The notes: generated by a model from the sequence alone, not told the origin. 64,000 nucleotides of DNA from Alphaproteobacteria bacterium (GCA_963665325.3 CAXXWS020000001.1:1-64000), one strand, 5' to 3'; positions 46,642 to 57,430 are shown, numbered from the stretch's first letter. Numbers and translations are program-made.

Positions 46642-46929
46642 ATGATTATCGACCATCCGCTCCTCGGCCCGCGCGACGCGCAGGAGTTCGTCATTCTTGG
46701 CGATGCGAGCCTGATCGACCGGCCCGACTGGCAGGCCGAGGACGCCGCGCAACTCTTCCACGACTATCTGCACCTGCGGGACAACCCGGCCGGCGAGCAT
46801 CGGGAGCTGTGGTTCCACGAGCAGGGCGACCGCTCCTGGCTGGTCGTCACCCGCAGCACGCTGACCCACGAGGTCCTCAAGGTCGAACTGGCGCGCGATG
46901 TCGCCGTTGCCCGGGGGCGAGACCGGTGA
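46642..46929 (+). CDS. soxD: Sarcosine oxidase/Mgd delta subunit
   Basis: HPLLGPRDAQEF, LRDNPAG, WLVVTR. Confidence 0.9.
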   Translation: MIIDHPLLGPRDAQEFVILGDASLIDRPDWQAEDAAQLFHDYLHLRDNPAGEHRELWFHEQGDRSWLVVTRSTLTHEVLKVELARDVAVARGRDR

Positions 46930-49871
46930 GCGGGCCGTTCCGCCTCGATGGCGGCCGGGTCGACCGGAGCGCGAGCCTCGATTTCCGGTTCGATGGCCGG
47001 AGCCTTTCGGGCCATCCCGGCGATACGCTGGCCTCGGCGCTACTCGCCAACGGGGTTCGGCTGGTCGGCCGGAGCTTCAAGTATCACCGGCCTCGCGGTG
47101 TCTTCACCGCCGGTTCGGAAGAGCCCAGTGCGTTGGTCGAGCTGCGCGGCGGCGCCTGGCGCGAGCCGAATACGAGGGCGACCGTCGCGGAGCTGTTCGA
47201 CGGGCTGGAGGCGTTCAGCCAGAACTATCGCGGTTCGCTGCGCCGCGACCTGCTGGCGGTCAACGATCTGCTCGCCCCCTTCCTGTCGGCCGGCTTCTAT
47301 TACAAGACCTTCATGTGGCCGAAATCCTTCTGGGAGCGGGTCTATGAGCCGGCCATCCGGGCCTCGGCCGGTCTCGGCCGCTTGTCCGGCGAGGCCGATC
47401 CGGACAGCTACGACAAGGGTTTCCTGCATTGCGACCTGCTGATCGTCGGCGCAGGTCCCGCCGGGCTTGCCGCCGCGCTGGCGGCCGGGCGCAGCGGCGC
47501 GCGGGTCATACTGGCCGACGAGGACTTCGTCATGGGCGGGCGGCTCAACGCCGAGACCCATGAGGTGAACGGTCGGTCCGGCGCGGATTGGGCCACCGAA
47601 GCCGTGCGCGAACTGGCGTCCATGAACCGGGTCCGTCTCCTCCCGCGGACCACGGTCACCGGCGCCTACGACCACGGCGTTTACAGTGCGCTAGAGCGCC
47701 GGACCGACCATCTGGCCACCGCCAACGGCAAGCCGCGTCAGATCCTGTGGCGGATCTACAGCAAGCGGGCGATCCTGGCCGCCGGCGCCACGGAACGGCC
47801 CATTGCATTCGGCGGCAACGACCGGCCCGGCGTGATGCTGGCCGGGGCGGTGCGCGCTTACGCCAACCGGTTCGCCGTCGGCGCCGGCCAGCGCGTCGGC
47901 CTGTTCACCAACAATGACGACGGCTGGCGCACGGCCGCCGATCTCGCCCGGAAGGGAGTCGAGGTCACAGCGATTATCGACGCGCGGGACCGCGAATCCG
48001 TCGCCGAGGTGCCGGGCGCCCGGATCGTAATGGGCGGCCGCGTGACGGCGACCCGGGGGCGCCACGGTTTGAAGGGGATCGCCTTGGCGACCGGCGAGTG
48101 GATCGCGCTGGACTGCCTTGCGGTTTCCGGCGGCTGGAACCCCAACGTCCATCTGACCTGCCATCATGGCGGCAAGCCGGTCTGGCGCGACGGGATCGCC
48201 GCCTTCGTGCCCGGCGACCTGCCGCCCGGCATGACCGTTGCCGGCGCGGCGGGCGGCGCTTTCACTACCGCAGCCGCGCTGATCGAGGGGCATCGGGCGG
48301 CGGTCGAGGCGCTTGGCGAACTTGGACTTCCGGCCGACGCAGGCGATGCGCCGGGGGCGAGCGACGAGGCAGCCGACGTTGCGCCCTTCTGGCATGTCGC
48401 GGAGAGCCGGGGCCGGGCGTGGCTTGACCTGCAGAACGATGTGACGGTGAAGGACGTCGTGCAGGCGCATGGCGAGGGCTTCCGCTCGGTCGAGCACCTG
48501 AAGCGCTACACCACGCTCGGCATGGCGACCGACCAGGGCAAGACCGCGAATGTCGGCGCGCTCGCCATCATGGCCGAGCAGACCGGCCGCACCATCGCCG
48601 AGACCGGCACCACGATGTTCCGCCCGCCCTATACGCCCGTGCCGATCGCCGCCTTCGCCGGGCGTTCGCGCGGCATGGAGTTCCGCCCGACCCGCCTGAC
48701 GCCGAGCCACGACTGGGCGGCGAAGCGGAGCGCCGTCTTCGTCGAGGCCGGCGCGTGGTTGCGCGCCCAGTGGTTCCCCCGGCCCGGCGAGACCTACTGG
48801 CGGCAGTCGGTTGACCGGGAGGTCCTGCAGACCCGGGGCTCGGTCGGCATCTGCGATGTCACGACGCTCGGCAAGATCGATATCCAGGGGCGCGATGCGC
48901 AAGAATTCCTCAACCGCATCTATGCCAACGGCTTCGCCACGCTGGCGGTCGGCAAGGTGCGCTACGGTCTGATGCTGCGGGAGGACGGCATCGCCTACGA
49001 TGACGGCACGACCGCACGGCTCGGCGAAAACCATTTCGTCATGACGACGACGACGGTGAACGCCGTGCTGGTGTTCCGCAACATGGAGTTCGCCCGCCAA
49101 TGCCTGTGGCCGGGGCTGGACGTCCATCTGATCTCGGTCACCGAACAATGGGCGCAGTTCGCCGTGGCCGGCCCCAATTCGCGCGCGCTGCTTGGGAAGA
49201 TCGTCGATCCGGAGCACGACATCTCCAACGAGGCCTTCCCCTTCATGGCCTGCGGCGAGGTCGGCGTGTGCGGCGGCGCCCCGGCCCGGCTGTTCCGCAT
49301 TTCCTTCTCCGGCGAGCTGGCCTACGAGCTTGCGGTGCCGGCGCGTTACGGCGAAGCCCTGATGGAAGCGCTGATGGCAGCGGGCGAGGAGTTCGACGCG
49401 GTCGCCTACGGCACCGAGGCGCTCGGCGTCATGCGGATCGAAAAGGGACACGCGGCAGCTAACGAGCTGAACGGCCAGACCACGGCGCGCATGCTCGGCA
49501 TGCAGCGCATGGTGTCGAAGAGGAAGGACTGCATCGGCAATATCCTGTCCGAACGCCCCGAAATGAACCGCGAGGACGGACTGGAGCTGGTGGGCTTCAG
49601 GCCGGTAAACCGTTCGGAGGAATTGCCCTCCGGCGCCCACTTCCTCTCAATCGGCGCCGAGGCGGCGATGGCGAATGACGAGGGCTGGATGACATCGGTC
49701 GCCTGGTCGCCGGAACTGGGCCATTCGATCGGCCTCGGGTTCATCCGCAACGGCCACGCCCGGATCGGCGAAACCGTGCGCGCCTGGGACGGGGTACGCG
49801 GCAGGGACGTGGCGGTCGAAATCGTCTCGGCGCATTTCCTCGATCCGGACGGGGAGCGGCTCCGTGGCTGA
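46926..49871 (+). CDS. soxA: Sarcosine oxidase/Mgd alpha subunit
   Basis: GRSFKYHRPRG, GFYYKTFMWP, KRYTTLGMATDQGK, GcvT-like C-terminus. Confidence 0.92.
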   Translation: MSGPFRLDGGRVDRSASLDFRFDGRSLSGHPGDTLASALLANGVRLVGRSFKYHRPRGVFTAGSEEPSALVELRGGAWREPNTRATVAELFDGLEAFSQNYRGSLRRDLLAVNDLLAPFLSAGFYYKTFMWPKSFWERVYEPAIRASAGLGRLSGEADPDSYDKGFLHCDLLIVGAGPAGLAAALAAGRSGARVILADEDFVMGGRLNAETHEVNGRSGADWATEAVRELASMNRVRLLPRTTVTGAYDHGVYSALERRTDHLATANGKPRQILWRIYSKRAILAAGATERPIAFGGNDRPGVMLAGAVRAYANRFAVGAGQRVGLFTNNDDGWRTAADLARKGVEVTAIIDARDRESVAEVPGARIVMGGRVTATRGRHGLKGIALATGEWIALDCLAVSGGWNPNVHLTCHHGGKPVWRDGIAAFVPGDLPPGMTVAGAAGGAFTTAAALIEGHRAAVEALGELGLPADAGDAPGASDEAADVAPFWHVAESRGRAWLDLQNDVTVKDVVQAHGEGFRSVEHLKRYTTLGMATDQGKTANVGALAIMAEQTGRTIAETGTTMFRPPYTPVPIAAFAGRSRGMEFRPTRLTPSHDWAAKRSAVFVEAGAWLRAQWFPRPGETYWRQSVDREVLQTRGSVGICDVTTLGKIDIQGRDAQEFLNRIYANGFATLAVGKVRYGLMLREDGIAYDDGTTARLGENHFVMTTTTVNAVLVFRNMEFARQCLWPGLDVHLISVTEQWAQFAVAGPNSRALLGKIVDPEHDISNEAFPFMACGEVGVCGGAPARLFRISFSGELAYELAVPARYGEALMEALMAAGEEFDAVAYGTEALGVMRIEKGHAAANELNGQTTARMLGMQRMVSKRKDCIGNILSERPEMNREDGLELVGFRPVNRSEELPSGAHFLSIGAEAAMANDEGWMTSVAWSPELGHSIGLGFIRNGHARIGETVRAWDGVRGRDVAVEIVSAHFLDPDGERLRG

Positions 49872-50439
49872 GACCCCTCTCAGGGCCCGACCGGCGCTCG
49901 ACGGCTACAACCGGACGGTCGGCCCGGTAGCGCTCGCCGAGGTTTCCGGCCTGGCGCTGGTGTCGGCGGCGGTGCCGCAGGGCGGGGACGAGGCCTTCGC
50001 CGCGGCGCTGGCCGAAGGCTTGGGCGCCTCCCGCCCGGCGACCGGCGACTCGACTCCCGGCGACCGGCACATGGCACGAATCCTTGGCATGCAACCCGAC
50101 CAGTTGTTCATCCTGTTCGAATCGCCGGACCCGGACCGTCCAGCCGAATCGGTGCTGGCGGCGCTCGGCGGAGCCGCCTACGTCACCGACCAGACCGACA
50201 GCTGGGCCATGCTGCGCATCGCCGGCGCCGGCGTCCGCAGCGCGCTCGAGCGCATCTGCATGCTCGACCTCGCCGACGAAGCTTTCCCCGAAGGCCGGGT
50301 GGCGCGCACCGTTATGGAGCATCTGGCGGTCATTATCCTGCGGGACGGTGCCGACAGCTTCCTGCTGATGAGTCCGCGCTCCTCCGCCCGCTCTTTCCTG
50401 CATGCGGTGGAACTGTCGGTCCTGAACCTGTCCGAATAG
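49864..50439 (+). CDS. soxG: Sarcosine oxidase/Mgd gamma subunit
   Basis: YVTDQTDSW, LERICMLDL, ARTVMEHL, RSSARSF. Confidence 0.88.
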   Translation: MAETPLRARPALDGYNRTVGPVALAEVSGLALVSAAVPQGGDEAFAAALAEGLGASRPATGDSTPGDRHMARILGMQPDQLFILFESPDPDRPAESVLAALGGAAYVTDQTDSWAMLRIAGAGVRSALERICMLDLADEAFPEGRVARTVMEHLAVIILRDGADSFLLMSPRSSARSFLHAVELSVLNLSE

Positions 50440-50540
50440 CGATCCGGTGCCGGCGCGGCTTCAGGCGTCCGAGGCGACGATTTCGTACCTGGCCCGAAAT
50501 GCTGTGCAATCCGAAACGTGTTCGCCCATCCAGCAGCCTG

Positions 50541-50812
50541 CTAGCCCGCATTTCTCACCAGGGTCACGGCCTGCGTCGCTGTCCAGGCGTTCGCTCCGCA
50601 AGGAGCGGGCCGAAAAGCGTAGCGGTGCCTACGGTTGAGGCCCGCGACGCCGCGGGCGGACGCCTGGGCGCGACCCGAAGGGCGGTGCTGTCGGGCCGAC
50701 AGGGTGCGTCGAGCCGCTTGCCCGATGCCCCGCATCGCGCTGCACGGCTCTCCTACCCTGCCGGCCCGACAGCACCGCGCAGACCATGACCCTGGTGAGA
50801 AATGCGGGCTAG
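50541..50812. mobile_element. MITE-like non-autonomous element, 272 bp
   Basis: Perfect 26-bp terminal inverted repeat CTAGCCCGCATTTCTCACCAGGGTCA (includes CTAG at both ends). Inner 24-bp IR 50682-50705/50755-50778. Confidence 0.82.
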
Positions 50813-53181
50813 GCCCGAACCCGGGACTTCGTCGGATCGTAGAAGGGGAAGGGCACCACCCGGGCAGGGATGCGTTTCTGGTGGCCGTCGAGCTTGCCGA
50901 CTTCGACCGTCGTTCCTTCCGTCGATGCCGTCACGTCCATCCGGCACAGCGCGATATTCTTGCGCAGGATGGGTGAGCGCATGCCGCTCGTGATGACACC
51001 GACCTGGGCACGGCCGATATGCACGCAGTCGCCGTGCGCAGCCGCCTCCTGCCCTTCCAGTTCCAGACCGACCAGCTTGCGCTGCGGCGATTCCTTGCGC
51101 CGGATCAGGGCTTCCCGCCCTATAAAGTCATCCTCCTTCGTCTTTAGTGGCACGGTGAAGCCGATACCGGCCTCGAAGGGGTCGGTCTGATCGTCGAACT
51201 CGTGGTTGGCGAAAACCAGGCCGGCCTCGATCCGCACCATGTCGAGCGCTTCCAGACCGAAGGGCGAGAGCCCATGCGGTTCGCCGGCCGCCCAGATGGC
51301 GTCCCACACGCCCGCGGCGTCACGCGGATGGCACCATACCTCGAACCCAAGCTCGCCGGTATAGCCGGTGCGGGAGACAACGATCGGGATCCCGGCATGA
51401 TCGCCGATCCGTCCGATCGCAAACCGGAACCAGCCGAGCTCCTCGATCGAGGGCTGGGCGGGGGGCGTCCACACGACCTCCTTCAGGATGTCCCGGCTCT
51501 TGGGACCCTGGACGGCCACGTTATGCAGCTGGTCGGTAGAAGAGCGAACCCAGACATTGAGGCCCAGCTTTCCGGCCTGCTCGCGCATCCATTCACCACC
51601 ATAGTCGGAGCCCCCGATCCAGCGGAAATTGTCGTCGCCGAGGCGGAAGGCGGTGCCGTCGTCGATCATGCCGCCGGTCTCGTAGCACATGGCGGAATAG
51701 ACCACTTGGCCGGTCGCCAGCCGGCGCATGTTCCGGGTGAGCACCCATTGCAACAGGCGTTCGGCATCCGGCCCCAGCACCTCGAATTTCCGCAGCGGCG
51801 ACAGGTCCATGATGACCGCCCGCTCGCGACACGCCCAGTATTCGTCCAGCGCGCCCCGGTTGGTGAAACTGTTGGCTAGCCAGTAGCCGTTATATTCGGT
51901 GAAGTTCCGCGTGTGTGTGGAAAACCGGGCATGGAAACCGGTTTCCTTGGTCAGCTTGGGATCGGCGTCGGGAGTCATACGAAAAGCCACCGCTTTGGAA
52001 AACAGGTTCTCGCGCGGGTAGACCCGCACATGGATGTCGGTCGGGTTCCAGCCATTGGCTGCGTCGATATCGTCCGGACAGGCGGACGATACGCAGACCA
52101 AGTCGGTCAAGGCCTGCAACAGCACGTAGTCGCCTGGCCGAGACCAGGGATTGTCGTGGAATCCCTGGTTGGCATCGTCGAACCCGGTGTTGAAGAAAAA
52201 GTTCAGCGCCATCCAGCCGCGCCGCGGCGCAACCCCGAACGGCGCCAGCACCCGGTTGAAGTTGTCGGTGCAGTTGACGTGGCCGGGATATCCCGTGTCG
52301 TCGTAGTACTTTGCCGTGCAGGCATACAGGAAACTGTCGTGGCGACCGCAGGTGTCGCGGATGACTTCGACCATCGGCTGGAGATCCTGGTCGAAGCATT
52401 TCGACAGCAGGCCCGGCGCCGGATAGGCGCTGCCCATCAAGGTGCGGGTGGCCGTCGCGTCCAGGCAGAGTTCGTGCCCTCCGTCCAGACCGGCGGCGGT
52501 GAAGGCTTGGAAGTCGGAACACTGCCGACCCTGCACGTCGATGATCTGGATGAACTCTCCGGCCTTGACCTCGTAGGCCTCGGCCGTACTGGCGGCGATG
52601 CGCAGGTCGAGACCCGGATCGGTCAGGGGCTCCGGTACCGGGTGCTCGGTGTGCGCAACCGGGTTGGTATGGGTCACGAAAATCTCGATGCGGGTCGGCG
52701 GGTCCTGCCGGTCGACGCGCATGGCGGGTCCCGGCGCCGCGACGAAACACACCAGCGGCCGCTCGGCGACGAACATTGCCTCATCGCCCGGGCGCGACTC
52801 GCCGCCAAGAACGTCGATGGACCGCGCCGCGGCGATATCGAGGCCGCGTCGCTGCAGGGAACCGGCGAGCGACCGGGCGGCCTCGTCATTGCTGCCCAGT
52901 ATCGCCTTCAGGCCCTCGGCGGTTCCGTTCGACGCGGCGCCCAGCGCCTCCGTGTCCGCGGAGCCGCTTGGCGCGAATGCAGCGATCTGAGCGGCCTGTC
53001 GCCCTTCCCGGTCGCGAACCGTGACGCTGTCGCCCGGCTCAAGTGAAAATACGGTCGCGCCACCGCCCTCGGCGACATACCGCTCGACCCCGAAGCCCAG
53101 GGTGGGCACACCGGGAAGCAGCACGGCGCCGGCGGTCGAGGGCCGTTGCGCGAGTGCCGGTATGCGTGTCTCGTCGGTCAT
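50809..53181 (-). CDS. tdm: TMAO demethylase (DUF1989 + GcvT-like aminomethyltransferase)
   Basis: QCSDF, HDSF..AC, HVNCTDN, SSACPDDID, then GcvT motifs RTGYTGELGFE and RIEAGL. Adjacent to the tmo transporter. Confidence 0.9.
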   Translation of the reverse strand: MTDETRIPALAQRPSTAGAVLLPGVPTLGFGVERYVAEGGGATVFSLEPGDSVTVRDREGRQAAQIAAFAPSGSADTEALGAASNGTAEGLKAILGSNDEAARSLAGSLQRRGLDIAAARSIDVLGGESRPGDEAMFVAERPLVCFVAAPGPAMRVDRQDPPTRIEIFVTHTNPVAHTEHPVPEPLTDPGLDLRIAASTAEAYEVKAGEFIQIIDVQGRQCSDFQAFTAAGLDGGHELCLDATATRTLMGSAYPAPGLLSKCFDQDLQPMVEVIRDTCGRHDSFLYACTAKYYDDTGYPGHVNCTDNFNRVLAPFGVAPRRGWMALNFFFNTGFDDANQGFHDNPWSRPGDYVLLQALTDLVCVSSACPDDIDAANGWNPTDIHVRVYPRENLFSKAVAFRMTPDADPKLTKETGFHARFSTHTRNFTEYNGYWLANSFTNRGALDEYWACRERAVIMDLSPLRKFEVLGPDAERLLQWVLTRNMRRLATGQVVYSAMCYETGGMIDDGTAFRLGDDNFRWIGGSDYGGEWMREQAGKLGLNVWVRSSTDQLHNVAVQGPKSRDILKEVVWTPPAQPSIEELGWFRFAIGRIGDHAGIPIVVSRTGYTGELGFEVWCHPRDAAGVWDAIWAAGEPHGLSPFGLEALDMVRIEAGLVFANHEFDDQTDPFEAGIGFTVPLKTKEDDFIGREALIRRKESPQRKLVGLELEGQEAAAHGDCVHIGRAQVGVITSGMRSPILRKNIALCRMDVTASTEGTTVEVGKLDGHQKRIPARVVPFPFYDPTKSRVRA

Positions 53182-55172
53182 TCCAGCCCCAACACTTTCT
53201 TGCGTTCCCGGGCCCAGGCGTTGATCAGCTGATCGGCGATCAGGCCCAGGAAGGCGATGCACAGCCCGACGACCAGAGACTGGCCGGCATTGTTATCGGC
53301 CTTGGACCGGAAAATCTCCTGGCCGAGATCCGTGGTGCCGATGAAGGCGGCGATCACCACCATGAACAGCGCGTACATGATCGTCTGGTTGATGCCCAGC
53401 ATGATCGCCGGGAAGGCGAGCGGCATGCGCACCTTCCACAACACTTGGCGCGGCGTGCAGCCCGACGTGATTGCCGCCTCGACAATCTCGTGCGGCACTG
53501 TCCGCAACCCGAAGATCGTCAACCGGGTCGTCGGGATCGTCGCGTAGATCACGATCGCCATGATGGCAGCGAAGTCGTTGACGCTGAACAGCATGATCGC
53601 CGGGATGAGGTAGATGAAGGACGGGAAGGTCTGGAAGGTGTCCAGGATCAGCTCCACAACCCTCGTTCGCCTGGGCCCGGCCGCCGCCCAGATGCCGACG
53701 ATGGACCCGAAGATCACGCAGACGACCACGGCGAAGCTGACCATGTAGGCGGTGATCAACGTCCGCTCCCAATAGCCGGCGAAGGCGAGATAGAGGACAA
53801 ACAGCGCCTGGATGCCGGCGACCTGCCAGCCGCCGTAATACCATCCGAGCGTGACCGCGAAGACCAGCAGCGCCGACCAGGGAAGCATCAGGTACAGGTC
53901 GCGCATCGGGATCAGGACATGGACAAGAAGCGTGTCCTTGATCAGCTCCAGATAGTCGAAGGCGTAGATGATGATGTCGTCGATCAGCGCGTCCCACAGC
54001 GGCGCGGTGGTGATCGACAGCGATTTCGGCCAGAGCTGCAGCGCGGGAATGAACGCCGCCAGAATATAGGAGACGGCGACGACCGCGGCGCCGGCGGTAA
54101 GGAAGGGATGGCGGACGTGGAACGGCCCTTCCCGCATACGCTCCGGTTCCTTGCGCGCCCAGGCCTGGCTCAGCCGGTCGAGGATGATCGCCATGAACAC
54201 GATCACCACGCCGATCTCCAGCGCTTGGCCGATCCACAGCGAACGCAGCCGGTTCAGGAGATCGTGCCCCAGCCCCTTGGCGCCGACGAAGGATGCGAGG
54301 ACGACCATCGCCAGACACAGCATGATGACCTGATTGACGCCGACCATCAGGGTCGGCCGCGCCGCCGGCAGTTCGACCTTCCACAGCATCTGGCGCCTGG
54401 TGCAGCCGGCCATGATGCCGGCCTCCCGCACCTCCGGCGACACCCCCTTCAGCCCCAGAAGGGTCAGCCGCGCCATCACCGGGAAGGCGAAGATGATGGT
54501 GGCGATCGTGCCGGCTTTGTGGCCGATGCCGATGAAGATGGCGACCGGGATCATGTATGAGAAGTGCGGCAGCGCCTGCATGACGTTCAGGATCGGCCAC
54601 AGCAGTGCCTCGAACCAGCGCGTCTTGTAGGCCATGATGCCGAGCACTACCCCGATCGCGCCGGCAATCGGTGCTGCCACCAGGACCACCGACAGGGTAA
54701 CCATCGACAGTTCCCATTTGCCGAAGATCGCCATATAGGCGAAGCAGAACCCGGCGATGATTCCGAGCTGGCGGCCCTGCAGATGCCAGCCGAGGACGAC
54801 CGCCAGCCCGGTCACCGCTATCCAGGGCAGTCCCGGAACCGACTCTGAGAAACCGGCGACCAGAACGGCCTCGACGAAATCCAGCGGGAAATCGATCAGG
54901 TTGGCTATGGCCCGGGTCATGTCCCGGAAGGTGAGGAGGCCGAATATCTCCTCCTTTCGCAGGACTTCAACCGCTGCGTTAATCCACCCGACGAACGGCG
55001 CCGACCACTCCTGCGGGACGATTCTCAGCCAGTCAGGCAGAAACGGGCCGATCAACAGGACGAACACGGCCGGCGCCAGCAGGAAGACCGCGACGCGGAG
55101 ACCGGATTGCCCTGCGCCAACGACCCAGCGGCGGACCGTGAGTTCGCCGCTCAGGACCGCTGCTTCAGCCAC
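53178..55172 (-). CDS. tmoV: ABC permease, fused double ProW-like (TMAO transporter)
   Basis: Two EAA-type loops, MQALPHFSY and FQTFPSFIY. Start uncertain. Confidence 0.82.
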   Translation of the reverse strand: MAEAAVLSGELTVRRWVVGAGQSGLRVAVFLLAPAVFVLLIGPFLPDWLRIVPQEWSAPFVGWINAAVEVLRKEEIFGLLTFRDMTRAIANLIDFPLDFVEAVLVAGFSESVPGLPWIAVTGLAVVLGWHLQGRQLGIIAGFCFAYMAIFGKWELSMVTLSVVLVAAPIAGAIGVVLGIMAYKTRWFEALLWPILNVMQALPHFSYMIPVAIFIGIGHKAGTIATIIFAFPVMARLTLLGLKGVSPEVREAGIMAGCTRRQMLWKVELPAARPTLMVGVNQVIMLCLAMVVLASFVGAKGLGHDLLNRLRSLWIGQALEIGVVIVFMAIILDRLSQAWARKEPERMREGPFHVRHPFLTAGAAVVAVSYILAAFIPALQLWPKSLSITTAPLWDALIDDIIIYAFDYLELIKDTLLVHVLIPMRDLYLMLPWSALLVFAVTLGWYYGGWQVAGIQALFVLYLAFAGYWERTLITAYMVSFAVVVCVIFGSIVGIWAAAGPRRTRVVELILDTFQTFPSFIYLIPAIMLFSVNDFAAIMAIVIYATIPTTRLTIFGLRTVPHEIVEAAITSGCTPRQVLWKVRMPLAFPAIMLGINQTIMYALFMVVIAAFIGTTDLGQEIFRSKADNNAGQSLVVGLCIAFLGLIADQLINAWARERKKVLGLE

Positions 55173-56214
55173 CGGAGTCCGGCTCCCGGGAGAACAGCAC
55201 ATCGAGGATGCGGGTACGGCTCACCACCCCGACGATCCGGTCGCTGTCGTCGGCGACCTGCAGGGGACGCTCGCTGTCGACGATCATCCGCGCGACGTCG
55301 GCCACCTTGTCGGTCTGGCGCACCGTGCGATCCGACACTGGCTGTCCCTCCGCCGGCGCTTGCATGACCGAGGCGATTGTCAGCAGCTTTTCGCGGGCGA
55401 CGTCGCGGGTGAAGTTGGCGACATAGCCGTCGGCGGGCCGTGTCACCAGTTCTTCCGGTGTGCCGATCTGCACGATCCGGCCTTCGTTCATGATCGCGAT
55501 GCGGTCGGCAAGCCGGATCGCTTCGTCGAAATCGTGGGTGATGAACGCAATCGTTTTCTGCAGCATCGTTTGCAGGCGCAGGAACTCGTCCTGCATTTCG
55601 CGCCGGATCAGCGGGTCGAGCGCCGAGAAGGGTTCGTCGAGAAACCAGACATCCGGCTCGACCGCCAGCGACCTCGCGATGCCGACACGCTGCTGCTGGC
55701 CGCCCGACAGCTCGCGCGGATAGTAGCGGTCGCGCCCTTTGAGCCCGACCAGCTCGATGATCTCCAGCGCCCGCTTCTCCCGCGTCGTGCGGTCGACGCC
55801 CTGCACCTCCAGCGGGAAAGCGACATTCTGCAATACCGTCCGGTGGGGCAGCAGGGCGAAATGCTGGAACACCATCCCCATCTTGTGACGGCGGATTTCG
55901 ATCAGCTCCCGGGCGGGAATCTTCAGCAGGTCCTGGCCGTCGAACAGCACTTCGCCGGCGGTCGGTTCGATCAGTCGGGACAGGCAGCGCACCAGCGTCG
56001 ACTTGCCGGAGCCGCTGAGCCCCATGATGACGAGGATTTCGCCGGGAAAGACCTCCAGGCTGGCATGGCGCACGGCGGGAATGTAGCCATCGGCCTCAAT
56101 GGCGCCGTCCGGAGGATCGCCGCCATGCGCGGCAAGAAAACCTTCTGGGTCCCTGCCGTACAGCTTCCAGATGCTTCGGCAGGCGATCTTGGCGTCCAAA
56201 ATCTTCCTCTCCAT
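55165..56214 (-). CDS. tmoW: ABC ATP-binding subunit, ProV-like
   Basis: GLSGSGKS, LSGGQQQR, DEPFSALD. Confidence 0.85.
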   Translation of the reverse strand: MERKILDAKIACRSIWKLYGRDPEGFLAAHGGDPPDGAIEADGYIPAVRHASLEVFPGEILVIMGLSGSGKSTLVRCLSRLIEPTAGEVLFDGQDLLKIPARELIEIRRHKMGMVFQHFALLPHRTVLQNVAFPLEVQGVDRTTREKRALEIIELVGLKGRDRYYPRELSGGQQQRVGIARSLAVEPDVWFLDEPFSALDPLIRREMQDEFLRLQTMLQKTIAFITHDFDEAIRLADRIAIMNEGRIVQIGTPEELVTRPADGYVANFTRDVAREKLLTIASVMQAPAEGQPVSDRTVRQTDKVADVARMIVDSERPLQVADDSDRIVGVVSRTRILDVLFSREPDSGG

Positions 56215-56299
56215 TCGGCCGCCCCGAAGCGGGAGGATCACGGTACGACTTTTTCCCGGATCGGGAAACGCCGTACCGTCCCCGGCCCGGAACGATAAC

Positions 56300-56325
56300 G
56301 CCATTACGAACCATTACCAACCATT
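56300..56325. promoter_or_regulatory. Operator candidate (tmoWV-tdm promoter)
   Basis: GCCATT/ACCATT/ACCATT at 56300, 56310 and 56320, i.e. AATGGY on the minus strand at exact 10-bp period. Confidence 0.7.
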
Positions 56326-56409
56326 TATCACTGTTGCTGACCTCTATAATCGGTTGACAGCTTGTATTTGAGGTGAATGATGGATCAAGAGCGTCGACGA
56401 GCCCGCACA

Positions 56410-56425
56410 ATTGGTGCAAATTGGT
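56410..56425. promoter_or_regulatory. Operator candidate (tmoX promoter)
   Basis: ATTGGT-GCAA-ATTGGT. Confidence 0.7.
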
Positions 56426-56455
56426 TCGACGCCAAACGACCGAGGGAGAATCCTG

Positions 56456-57400
56456 ATGCGAAAGATGGCGAAAGCGGCCGGTGCGGCCGTATTGCTGATC
56501 GCAGGCGCCCAGGCCGCCACGGCCGAAACGATCAACATTCCACTCCACAACTGGTCGAGCCAGCTTGTGGGCGCCCGTATCGTGGGCAACATGCTGGAGA
56601 TGGTGGGCGAGAAGGTCGCCTATGTGTCGGCGGACAGCCAGGTGGTCTACACCTCGATGTGCGAAGGCGACATCCACCTCGTGCACGAGGTTTGGCAGGG
56701 CGCATTCGGCGTCAGCTACGAGAAGCAGCTGAATGCGGGCTGCGTGGTCACGGCGGCGACCCATGAGGCCAAGACCCGCGAGGAATGGTGGTATCCCGAC
56801 TATGTCGAGGAGGCCTGCCCCGGCCTGCCCGACTGGGAGGCGCTGAACAAGTGCGCCGAGATGTTCGCGACAGCCGCGACCAAGCCGCAGGGCCGCTTCC
56901 TTGCCGGTCCCGTGGACTGGCTGAAGCACGACCAGGAGCGCGTCGACGGGCTTGGAATGAACTTCAAGGTGGTGAACGCGGGCTCGGCCGCCGCGCTCTG
57001 GGCGGAGTTGAAATCGGCCAGCAAGCGCAAGGCGCCGATCGTGCTGTTCAACTGGACGCCGAACTTCATCGAGGCCCTGTACGAGGGCAAGTTCGTGGAG
57101 TTCCCGACCTATGATGAGGCTTGCCGCAAAGATCCTGCATGGGGCCTGAACCCTGACAAGGCTTATGACTGCGGCAACCCGAAGGACGGCTATCTGAAGC
57201 TTGGCGTGTGGAAGGGCTTCGCCGAGAAATGGCCGAAGGCCTACAAGGTGCTGCAGAAGATGAGCTTCTCGAACCTCGACATCGCCGTCATGGCCAAGCT
57301 GGTCGACGTCGACAAGATGGAGGCGGATGCCGCAGCGGCCAAATGGATGGAAGACAACAAGGCCAAATGGGAGCCTTGGGTGGCTGCGGCCACGATGTAA
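56456..57400 (+). CDS. tmoX: TMAO-binding periplasmic protein (ProX-like)
   Basis: Signal peptide, HNWSSQ, HEVWQG, TREEWWYP, FNWTPN, YDCGNP. Confidence 0.85.
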   Translation: MRKMAKAAGAAVLLIAGAQAATAETINIPLHNWSSQLVGARIVGNMLEMVGEKVAYVSADSQVVYTSMCEGDIHLVHEVWQGAFGVSYEKQLNAGCVVTAATHEAKTREEWWYPDYVEEACPGLPDWEALNKCAEMFATAATKPQGRFLAGPVDWLKHDQERVDGLGMNFKVVNAGSAAALWAELKSASKRKAPIVLFNWTPNFIEALYEGKFVEFPTYDEACRKDPAWGLNPDKAYDCGNPKDGYLKLGVWKGFAEKWPKAYKVLQKMSFSNLDIAVMAKLVDVDKMEADAAAAKWMEDNKAKWEPWVAAATM

Positions 57401-57430
57401 ATTCGGGCCGGAAGCTCGATACCGCGATCG

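Noticed and set aside
45381-50439. Definite assignment as mgdABCD rather than soxBDAG
   Set aside because: The two are close homologues and cannot be separated by eye. Context favours Mgd, but a phylogeny is needed.
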